Source: Macrostomum lignano
Lineage: Eukaryota
Reading direction: 5' to 3'
Assembly (NCBI GenBank): GCA_002269645.1
Contig: NIVC01000103.1
Location: forward strand, 1-64,000
Length of the DNA: 64,000 nt
Part shown: piece after piece, positions 1 through 8,582 of the stretch
How the letters are laid out: each line of letters begins with the position of its first letter
Position numbering within the stretch: the stretch's first letter is position 1
Position numbers and translations under genes: made by a program
The notes under the pieces: model-generated
The model's database searches: none
Told to the model about the DNA's origin: nothing
The model's input: only the letters and a program-made list of their open reading frames with translations

Positions 1-371
1 TCAAAAAACAAAAAAGATTGAAAACTCATATTACTATTTTAAAAACACAATTTTAAGAAATCTTACAAGAGACATCTGATCCAATTTTAATTCCCGGAAA
101 TAATGTTTATTTATATAATAACTTTTTCCATTTAAATAAAGGAAAGGGATTAAGTTCGAAAGACTCTGAAAGGATTTTAATTTTAGTTGGATATTATTTC
201 AATTTTCTTATTCGAGAGAATACAAAGTTTATAAGGATAGGTAACATACCTAACGAAATGTTATTGAAAAAGTCATTGGAATTTTTATGTATTGATAAAA
301 ATTTAAACCTAGGATCAGAAGAGAGTTACCAACTTTGGGAAGAATATATAACATATGCATTAGAAAAATAA
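1..371 (+). CDS. 3' end of a hypothetical Polinton ORF (partial)
   Basis: Open frame ...QETSDPILIPGNNVYLYNNFF...LWEEYITYALEK* ending TAA at 371; no recognised motif. Confidence 0.45.
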
Positions 372-516
372 ACAACCTGAAGTTCTACCGTACTTCCTGA
401 CGCGGGCTTTGTGCCCCAGTAGCAATAGTTTCAGGTTCGTAAATGCTAATGTTTCTATCGGTGGAGCTTTGGGTTTATCGAGTCTCAACTCTTTTAATTC
501 CATATCGGTAAAAGTT

Positions 517-1023
517 TCAACATCTAAAAATTCTATTTCTATCTTTTAAATATTTTTCATATAATTCAACCGCGGTTGATAATTCATGAATCGTTATCTC
601 TCCGTCATCCAATATTTTTTGCACATATAAATATAATTGATTTTTATATTGCTTGGCAACATCTCTTAAAGATTTTATTTTTTCCTTTCTTTTTTTAAGA
701 TATAATTTAATTGCTAAAAGTATTGATAAGTTCCTGATCAATTCAAAACCTGATATTGAGCCAATTGAAATACCTAAAAATAATTGAGATAAATTAAGAG
801 TTGGAATAGATTGTAAAATACCTAAAACGATTACACATAACATTGATAAGCTTCCAAATCCAATATTGAAAAAGTCCATATTTCTTATATGGTTTGAAAC
901 TCTTCTTACTTTTTTAGCATATAAATCATAATCATAGTTAATACGATCAACATTACTTAACATCTGACCTTTACGTTGGTTGAACCGGTCGCGTTCCCAT
1001 TTATCTGCTTCAGATACCGACAT
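517..1023 (-). CDS. Conserved Polinton two-TM membrane protein (gasderminX-like); may continue past a frameshift to ~358
   Basis: Two hydrophobic helices, then KKRKEKIKSLRDVAK...VQKILDDGEITIHE...YEKY, resembling the recurrent Maverick membrane protein. A shifted frame (IEFLDVETFTDMELKEL...) continues below 517. Confidence 0.55.
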   Translation of the reverse strand: MSVSEADKWERDRFNQRKGQMLSNVDRINYDYDLYAKKVRRVSNHIRNMDFFNIGFGSLSMLCVIVLGILQSIPTLNLSQLFLGISIGSISGFELIRNLSILLAIKLYLKKRKEKIKSLRDVAKQYKNQLYLYVQKILDDGEITIHELSTAVELYEKYLKDRNRIFRC

Positions 1024-1035
1024 TCTCGTCTATTT

Positions 1036-1335
1036 TTAATAGCACCAAAATGAATTCCCGCGCTCTTTGGGTATTTGCCCGGAGCTTAATAGGTATTGTA
1101 TTGGAGTGATTCTTTCTTTTTTCTCCCATTTAAATCCTATTTTCCAAAACTCTTGAAGTATAATATGATTTTTTAATAACTTAATTAATTCTTGAAGCTT
1201 CTTATTATCCTGAACATTTACAGTACTAAATAAAAATTTGGTATGAGATTTGAATGTTTTTATATTTGATTCTTGTTTAGGAATAGGAATATAGACATTA
1301 TTTTGCCGAATCGATGGAGTTCTACTAAAAGCCAT
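1036..1335 (-). CDS. Hypothetical Polinton protein (~99 aa, MAFSRTPS...)
   Basis: ATG at 1335 is preceded by the element's TAAAATG start motif, so it is preferred over the 1407 start. Confidence 0.45.
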   Translation of the reverse strand: MAFSRTPSIRQNNVYIPIPKQESNIKTFKSHTKFLFSTVNVQDNKKLQELIKLLKNHIILQEFWKIGFKWEKKERITPIQYLLSSGQIPKERGNSFWCY

Positions 1336-1351
1336 TTTATATAGAAATATT

Positions 1352-3393
1352 TTATATTTGAGTAGGAGGTTTTCCAAATAAGCCAGTAGATGGAAAAACA
1401 TAACCAAAACGTGCTACCACAAACGGCTGCGCCACGAATAAAATGTGCAGCATCCGATCCTCCAGTTCGAGCACCAAAACCCATAAGAGTTCCACTTTTA
1501 TCCAAAGTTCCCCAAGTTCCACTATCATATGTGAAAACGTTCTGCCCAATGAGGGTATAAGAATCACCAGCAACATTGTATGTATGAATTCTATACCAAA
1601 CCCTTTGATTTAAAATATTAATTTCAAACAGATGCCAATCACCGTTATCAATATTTGCATAGGCTACAGTTTGATCCGCGTCAGTATTAACATCCGCGCG
1701 GCTTGATCCGTCTGATTTTTTTGAACTCCAAAGTAGGCCAAATTTATCATGCCACTCACTAGCAAAAACTATCAATCCGCGTCGTTGATAATCCAGATCC
1801 AAATTCCGATGTTGGACGTTGGTGACAGTATGCATAAAACCAAACCGCATCTGCACCATCTCCTGTAGCATTAGCAACTCGGAAAAAGAAAGACGCAGAT
1901 ATATTTTGAAAATGTGTGAAATTGAATTGTAAAGCACCACTTACTCCAGAAGTTTCACGAGTAATTCTAGCGCCGTTTTGATAATCGATATAAGAAGCGT
2001 CACCAATTAAAGAACCGACTGGATATATATCTCCGGCGGTTGTTGGATTTTGATATCCAGACCAATTGCAAATTACTGGTTCGAACAAGGCCGCATCAAT
2101 AGCAGGTATTCCATCCAATTTATTTTTATCGCTTCCAGACATTCTACCATTTGATGTTGGAGTAGCTAGCTGATCTACGTACGCTCGCGGAACTGCAGAA
2201 AGTATTTGAGTTGGCCAATTAAGATCTTGAATTTCAACACGGTGTTCAAATAATTGTATTTGACGAACCTCGATAGGTTGTGTACCGGTACCACCAGTTG
2301 GGAAGAATACGCTATAATATTTCCAAAAATTAGTCGTTAAATTAGATAGAGCAAATGATGTTGCTTGAACTGGTGATCCCGACGTAGTTAATGTCGTCCA
2401 TGAATCGGTAGCAACATTTTTTGCGCGAACCGACCACCCCGAGGGTATCTCAATTGTTTCACTGCCTGTAATTCTTAATTCAAATATTCTTCTATTATAA
2501 CCTAAAAATTCAAATTGAATTTCCATATTGGTTGTGGTTCCGGTATTTGGTGACCATTGTGTCGCAAGGCTTCCATCTCCAACTCGAAAAGCTGTGTTGC
2601 CATTTTCAGATGCTGTAAGAACAACATCAGGATTTGAAGTATTTGATGTAAGCGGCGTGGTAAAAATATCGGCGTCGGTTGCATTAGCTCGCTCGTTTAC
2701 TTGGCCTAGAGTTATCGAGTCTGCGTTATCTGTTCCAAATAATAAATTTGTTAATTTAAAATTATTCATATTAATATTACCACTACGAGTGGCAACTTGA
2801 TTATCGACATAGTTCTTATCAACCACTGAATCACTAGTTGTAATTGAAACATTTATAATTCGGTTGTTGCTCATATCTAGGTTTCCGGTTGCGGTGGTTT
2901 GAACATAACGTGAATCAGAATCAGTTCGAGAATAAGAATCAGTTACATCTCTTTTTAAATTTAATCCATTATCAACTTCGGTTTTGGTATAAGAATCGGC
3001 TACGTTCCGTTTCAAATTTAATGAATTATCAACTTCGGTTTTGGTATAAGAATCGGCTGTATTGCGTTTTAAATTTAATGAATTATCAACCTCTGTTTTG
3101 GTATAAGAATCGGCTGTATTGCGTTTTAAATTTAATGAATTATCAACCTCTGTTTTGGTATAAGAATCGGCTGTATTGCGTTTTAAATTTAATGAATCAT
3201 CTATTTGAGTTTTGGTATAGGAATCTGCAACATTTCTTTTTAAATTTAATTTATTATCAATTTCAGTTTTTTTATAACCTTCATCTTCATTAATATATCG
3301 ATTATCTCCAAATGTAACACTTATTCCACCAGATGTGCCACCACCACCACTACTTGTTGTTCCGTTCCATGAGGGTGTTCCAGAAAATAACAT
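1352..3393 (-). CDS. Fibre/receptor-binding-like protein with 19-aa repeats, a discoidin-like domain and an L-type-lectin-like domain; two apparent frameshifts (~1800, ~1405)
   Basis: ORF 1759-3393 has ~6x DSYTKTEVDNSLNLKRNTA and the lectin start GDGADAVWF. The lectin fold continues in ORF 1260-1940 (...MGFGARTGGSDAAHFIR) and probably ends ...FGYVFPSTGLFGKPPTQI* at 1352. Confidence 0.6.
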
Positions 3394-3403
3394 TTTTTAC
3401 TGT

Positions 3404-3844
3404 CTATTTTATAGAGTCTAAAATCGCCCTAAAGTCTTCGGGGTTTACACGAGCTTCATTCGAAAGTCGATATAAAAAATACAACGCAGCCTGCCCGCAA
3501 TAACTTTTATCAAAGGTTTGAAATTGTTCATGATGATCTCCACATAAACGATTTTTAGTATGATTAAATTTATCTTTTATTTCCTGTAACGGAGGAAGCG
3601 CGTATGAATCAAAAAAATAAACAAGTTTAGGTTTGGAATAAACTGCCGACCAATGAACACCATTTTCTTTTGTTGTTTCAATATTAACAATGAAAGATCC
3701 ATATTGTGGTAAGTCTTTGATCTCATCTCGCATAACACATCTGAATGGTTTTATTTTTAACTGCCTCGCCCAATTTGTTAATTCGATATTGCTTGTTGTG
3801 TCCGTTCCATATCTTTGTTTAAAATCATCCCACGTCATGGTCAT
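3404..3844 (-). CDS. Adenain-like cysteine protease (virion maturation protease)
   Basis: Catalytic motifs GVHWSA (His), YFFDSYALPP (Asp), QFQ...SYCGQAALYFL (Gln/Cys). Confidence 0.9.
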   Translation of the reverse strand: MTMTWDDFKQRYGTDTTSNIELTNWARQLKIKPFRCVMRDEIKDLPQYGSFIVNIETTKENGVHWSAVYSKPKLVYFFDSYALPPLQEIKDKFNHTKNRLCGDHHEQFQTFDKSYCGQAALYFLYRLSNEARVNPEDFRAILDSIK

Positions 3845-3845
3845 T

Positions 3846-4055
3846 TTATGTTGCTGAAAAACTCTTGGTTTTAGTTAGTTTCGTAGGTGTGGGTTTTAAC
3901 AATTCCTTTCTTATTTTATCAGCTTGTAACTGCTTTAATTTTGCTAGTTCTAGTTCGTAATTATCTTCAGCTTTTTTAACTTTTTCTGATTGTTTTTTTA
4001 TTAAATTATTATTATTATCGTGCTTTGCACGCGAACATGTTGTTCGATTACCCAT
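3846..4055 (-). CDS. Small basic hypothetical protein; possible N-myristoylation (MGNRTT)
   Basis: 69-aa ORF with a TAAAAATG start, tightly packed between the penton and protease genes. Confidence 0.5.
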   Translation of the reverse strand: MGNRTTCSRAKHDNNNNLIKKQSEKVKKAEDNYELELAKLKQLQADKIRKELLKPTPTKLTKTKSFSAT

Positions 4056-4099
4056 TTTTACTATAGGAAACGGACAAAGTCCTCGAACCTTTGGTTCGA

Positions 4100-4885
4100 C
4101 TAAACCTGTTTTATACGTAAAATTATTGTTATTGACTGCCCACCAAAACTTATTAATCTATCGCTTTCATCTACAATCCTAATATAAATTGATTGAACGC
4201 TATATTGATTTAAAGGGTAATATATTGGGGTTTGAGGTGCAACAATCATTTTCTCTCCAATTGGAACAGCAAGAAATGGGATTGAATAAATAATTCCACG
4301 TTGAACCAAAACTCCATTATTATCTGTTATATAACCGCCGTTTGATATGTCGGTTGTTATATTAATTGTATTAACTCCACCCTCAATATTTCCCACTGTA
4401 TCTCCGGTGCTTGATGTGGTAACTATTCGGGAATTAAATCCAAGTATGGTTCTGAGTGAATTTGCAATTGTGAAATCAACCTGATATCCGGATCCTAGTG
4501 ATAGTGTGAATCTGCCAGACGGTAAATCAACACCTATAACAATTGCTCCTGTTACCCAATCACCATTAGTTGTTAATTCTCCTTCTATATAAGCATTCAA
4601 ATCAGTATAGCTATACGCTCCTGGGTTAACGCTAAATGTTGTCCAATTGGCTCCGGAATCTTTAGAATATCTAAATTGATTATTTGTTGCATTAATTAAT
4701 TGAGGCATGTTGAAAACCGAAAATAGAATTAAACCTATTTGATAACTTAGGCTTTGATCAAGTTGTAATGGATCGCGCAATTGAATCCGTTGCTCGCTGG
4801 TTGTCATTATAAACTGTAATGTTGTACTAAATTTTGAATTAGTTCGATCTACCAATTGTTTTATAGTATTTAAATTTGTAGTCAT
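4100..4885 (-). CDS. Minor capsid protein (penton, single jelly-roll)
   Basis: 261 aa, beta-rich, with NQFRY...PGAYSYTDLN, LRTILGF and C-terminal PIYYPL...IYIRIVDESDRLISFGGQSITIILRIK, typical of Polinton pentons. Confidence 0.78.
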   Translation of the reverse strand: MTTNLNTIKQLVDRTNSKFSTTLQFIMTTSEQRIQLRDPLQLDQSLSYQIGLILFSVFNMPQLINATNNQFRYSKDSGANWTTFSVNPGAYSYTDLNAYIEGELTTNGDWVTGAIVIGVDLPSGRFTLSLGSGYQVDFTIANSLRTILGFNSRIVTTSSTGDTVGNIEGGVNTINITTDISNGGYITDNNGVLVQRGIIYSIPFLAVPIGEKMIVAPQTPIYYPLNQYSVQSIYIRIVDESDRLISFGGQSITIILRIKQV

Positions 4886-4936
4886 TTTTATAGTGGGGAA
4901 ATCGAACCTTTGGTTCGCGGACTCCGTCCGATCGTG

Positions 4937-5731
4937 CTATGTCTCTTCTTCCTCATTATCTTCTTTTATCAAATTTGTTAAAATTCTATGTTTCCTTTCT
5001 AACCTCGGATTGATATAAATATGTTTGTATTGGCTATCATCCCAAATTTTTTTACACATACTTTTAAATGGTTTTGCATCCAATCCGGGATTAAATCTAG
5101 CGTGAATATTTTGTAGATCATAGTTATCTAAATCAAACATTACACAACAGCTAGCATTCTTTTTTATAATCGATTCTAATTCTCTAAAGGATTGAGTAAG
5201 ATAAAAAGCTCCAATTCCATCTCCTCTACCACTAACAAAAATTTCCTTTTGCAATTCTTGATCACCGTCATTAATACAATCATCAAAAATAATTAGTGTT
5301 TTATCATGTTTTGGAATTTGATCATAGGCTAATCGGGTTGATACTCTAACAGTTGGGGCGCGATCGGACGAAGTCCGCGACCCTTCGGGGCGATCGGTGA
5401 TGTTTTCTGGCTGTTGTGCCATTGTTTTACATAAATCCTCAATGTCTGCTAGATTAAATCGCGGTTCGTCATCATCCTCATATTGCTCATATGCTCTTAA
5501 CATTCTAAACAAGACATCTTTTTTTAATTTGTTTTTTAATCCATGTTTAAGAAATTCATAATATTTTATTCTAGGTTTATTAGTATAAATTATTAAATTA
5601 TTATAGTCTAACATTCCATCTGTTGTTAATAAATCGTAAACAAAGTGTGTTTTTCCTTTACCTGATCCTCCGATTACTAAACAAAGAAAAGGATCATTTG
5701 GAAATATTTTATTGTGTTTTGCCTTTACCAT
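4937..5731 (-). CDS. A32/FtsK-like DNA packaging ATPase
   Basis: Walker A GGSGKGKT, Walker B LIIFDD, A32 motifs GRG...FYLTQSF and IKKNAS. Confidence 0.92.
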   Translation of the reverse strand: MVKAKHNKIFPNDPFLCLVIGGSGKGKTHFVYDLLTTDGMLDYNNLIIYTNKPRIKYYEFLKHGLKNKLKKDVLFRMLRAYEQYEDDDEPRFNLADIEDLCKTMAQQPENITDRPEGSRTSSDRAPTVRVSTRLAYDQIPKHDKTLIIFDDCINDGDQELQKEIFVSGRGDGIGAFYLTQSFRELESIIKKNASCCVMFDLDNYDLQNIHARFNPGLDAKPFKSMCKKIWDDSQYKHIYINPRLERKHRILTNLIKEDNEEEET

Positions 5732-5782
5732 TTTTAAAGAAATAATTTAAATAGGCGCGACGGTCGGAGACCTGCACTCATT

Positions 5783-7252
5783 TTACAGCGGCGCGTCCCG
5801 AACAATCGTGCCATCAGCTTTAGCAATTGACATATATTCCTCTAGAAACAATACGTGTGCGTCTATTGCCTGATTACCGGTTTTATTAATCTCTAACATA
5901 TAATTAAGTCCAATATTGGCTACGTTTTCTTTCTGTGCCGTTAGATCATAAACAACCACTGGATGAATGTTTAGAAACTCTGTGGGTGTGTACTGAGGGA
6001 CGGCATACGCTTCATTTTTAGCATAATCTTGATAATATTTTATAAAATCATTAACATTATTATTTGCTATATTTAAATTTAGGGGTCTTTAACCGGATAA
6101 TATTGATCATCAACCTGCAGGCGGATATTCTGAACATTAAACTCGTTAATAGCTGCAGCCGCATTGTCTGTTGCGGTGGCTGCTTGTTCTGCTATGGCAC
6201 CGGATTGAAGCCAATATAAATCCCCATTTGCTCTTTTACTCCTTCTATTTGTTATCTTAAACCAAACAAAAATATATCTCACCCGACGTTTTGATGTCAG
6301 TATTTGCCACTGGAATGAATCCTGGTTATTATTAATGGTTCGCATAAAATGTCGACGATTCAAATAAAATATTTCCTGATCATGCGTTAACTGATTATCG
6401 ATGTGTTTTAAAAGTGGGGCTGTTACCTCAATAGTTGGTACGACTAATTGAATTGAATCTATACGAACTGCTATATCGGTTGAAATTGAGGTTCCATAAA
6501 GTATCCTAGGCTGATATCCACCAGATATTTGCAACTGTATCCCAAATTTTAATCCTTTCCATACCCGATTTGGTGAAAAGAACCCAAATAGTGGAAAGAT
6601 TGAAAAGTCTGCTCATATGCTGTTGCTGTGGTTAAAACCGCTACTGGGAATTTATTCTGACGAGCTATAAAACCTGTATTAATATCTTTTGTATTAGTCA
6701 TGTGGTTACAACTGGAACTATGTTTGTATTAAGGTAAACAATTAGCGCTGCAGTATCTGCACCGGCTGCGTTTTGTACATTAGGGAAAACTACTGCTTGA
6801 CCGTTACCTTTATCCGGCATCCACCCAACATTATCACCAACTTGTTTTGATAAATAAGTATAATTTAAATGTTTCAAAACTCCATTAATCTCTGCGGGGT
6901 TTGATGATGTCTCAACCTCAGCACCATTAACAGTTAGTTGAGCTTGGGAAAAACATTTATAAAACCAATCATTTTCAATTATTATTCCGGATCGATCTGC
7001 GATATCTCCGGCTGCAAGAGCAGTTCCATCATTTCTAGTATACAACCATCTAACGCGGAAAAACGCATTTTTCATATCCAATATAGTGTTGGTTGCGCCG
7101 ATGTCAAAAGTTACCGTTCCAGTAGTAAAGTTATTTGAATTATCACTTGTTGGTAGGGTATAATTTAAATCGTTTGCTCTGACCTCATTAATATACTGTC
7201 GGTGCTTTTTGAAATGAAATTTATCACTCCACATAGTTTTTGTTTCAGCCAT
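5783..7252 (-). CDS. Major capsid protein (double jelly-roll), ~490 aa, broken by three single-base frameshifts
   Basis: ORF 6698-7252 joins TNTKDINTGFIARQ..., then FPLFGFFSPNRVWKGLKFGIQL into ORF 6079-6534, then LNLNIANNN...FLNIHPVVVYDLTAQKE...VRDAPL* (TAA 5785-5783). Each junction lacks one base (~6700, ~6600, ~6082). Confidence 0.8.
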
Positions 7253-7286
7253 TTTTTTAAGTTAAAAAAGTTTTTTATGTTAAAAA

Positions 7287-7952
7287 ATGAGTCAATTTAT
7301 GGACGTTGATGGAGAGTTAGCGATTTATAAAGAGAAGCAAAGATATTCTGATTTTGTTAGAAATTTACAAAAAAGAAAGTTAGGATTACAATTAGCGGGT
7401 GAAAGATTTGCTGCTCCTTTTGTTAATCCTATTACTGGGAAAATTAGTGAACTAGAAAAAACAGATAAAGATCTTCTGGAAAAAATTGCTAAAAATACTG
7501 AGCCAAAAGAGGATGAAATTTTGGATGAGCCGCCTGCTTATGATGTTGATCAAGCACAATTGAGAATTGCAGAGATTAGACGTGCAGAGCGGGGCGATCG
7601 GGAACAATATCCAAGAGTACCAGCTAGTATTGCTGCGACAGATTTAGGTAATAATAATTATCGAATTGGTGGAGTTGATAAAAATCGAAATGAACTATAT
7701 AGAGAATTGGGTGGAGCATATAATATTGTTATGAACCCTAGGGTAAAATTTAACCCTGATTTATATACTAGGGATGAATTAATAAGTGCTAGAATTTTTT
7801 ATGATGAGTTAGGAGGAGCTGTTAAAAATACCAGCTTGTATAAAAGGATTGTTAATTCTATAAATAACAAACTAGCTGTTGGTGATGGATTTAAAACACC
7901 ACGAAAACTTGTTTTAGCTGCTGCGAAAGCTGCTGGACATACTGGTGTTTAA
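7287..7952 (+). CDS. Hypothetical Polinton protein (possible virion core protein)
   Basis: 221-aa ORF with a TAAAAAATG start, divergent from MCP; no firm motif. Confidence 0.55.
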   Translation: MSQFMDVDGELAIYKEKQRYSDFVRNLQKRKLGLQLAGERFAAPFVNPITGKISELEKTDKDLLEKIAKNTEPKEDEILDEPPAYDVDQAQLRIAEIRRAERGDREQYPRVPASIAATDLGNNNYRIGGVDKNRNELYRELGGAYNIVMNPRVKFNPDLYTRDELISARIFYDELGGAVKNTSLYKRIVNSINNKLAVGDGFKTPRKLVLAAAKAAGHTGV

Positions 7953-7979
7953 TTAATTGTTAAATTTATTTTTTATAAA

Positions 7980-8582
7980 ATGGAAACTAATAAGATTTGT
8001 ACTAAGTGTAAACAAGAAAAACCGATGACAAAAGAATTTTATTTTTGGAGAAATGATTCAAAAAAATTTAGAAATGATTGTCGATCTTGTCATAATACCT
8101 CATCTGCTATTTGGATAAAAAACAATAAAGATAAATGGAATGAATATAGAAAAAATAAGTATCACACTGATGATAATTACAAACATATTGTTTTAATTAG
8201 AAATAGAATAAATTGGGCGTTGAAAAATTTTAATGACAAGGACTATATCTCATATCTTGGTTGCACAAAAGAATTCTTTTTTGATTGGTTAAATTTCACA
8301 AGAAATTATTATGTATCAAAAGATTATACTGGAAAGTTAGATATTGATCATTTCATTCCCGCTTCTTCGTTTAGTTACAAAGATGAAGATCAGATGAAAA
8401 AGTCTGAAAATTGGAGAAATAAAAGATACTTAACTAGCGTAGATAATAACTATAAAAAAGTTAAACAACCAACCATTGAAGAGTTTGCAAAACAATTGGT
8501 GCTATCATGTATTTTTAAGGCTATTAAAAATGAGCAACCGAACGAAGTTCGCGTTCCTTCGGAACGATCAAATAGTGTTTGA
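7980..8582 (+). CDS. HNH (homing-type) endonuclease with an N-terminal CxxC...CxxC zinc finger
   Basis: CTKCKQEKP...CRSC, then YLGCTKEFFFDWL and LDIDHFIPASSF...ENWRNKRYLTSVDNNYKK, resembling giant-virus HNH endonucleases. Confidence 0.75.
   Translation: METNKICTKCKQEKPMTKEFYFWRNDSKKFRNDCRSCHNTSSAIWIKNNKDKWNEYRKNKYHTDDNYKHIVLIRNRINWALKNFNDKDYISYLGCTKEFFFDWLNFTRNYYVSKDYTGKLDIDHFIPASSFSYKDEDQMKKSENWRNKRYLTSVDNNYKKVKQPTIEEFAKQLVLSCIFKAIKNEQPNEVRVPSERSNSV

Noticed and set aside
6534-6700. Second intron in the MCP gap
   Set aside because: The gap reads as MCP-like coding sequence after two 1-nt shifts; no P3/P7 motifs were seen.
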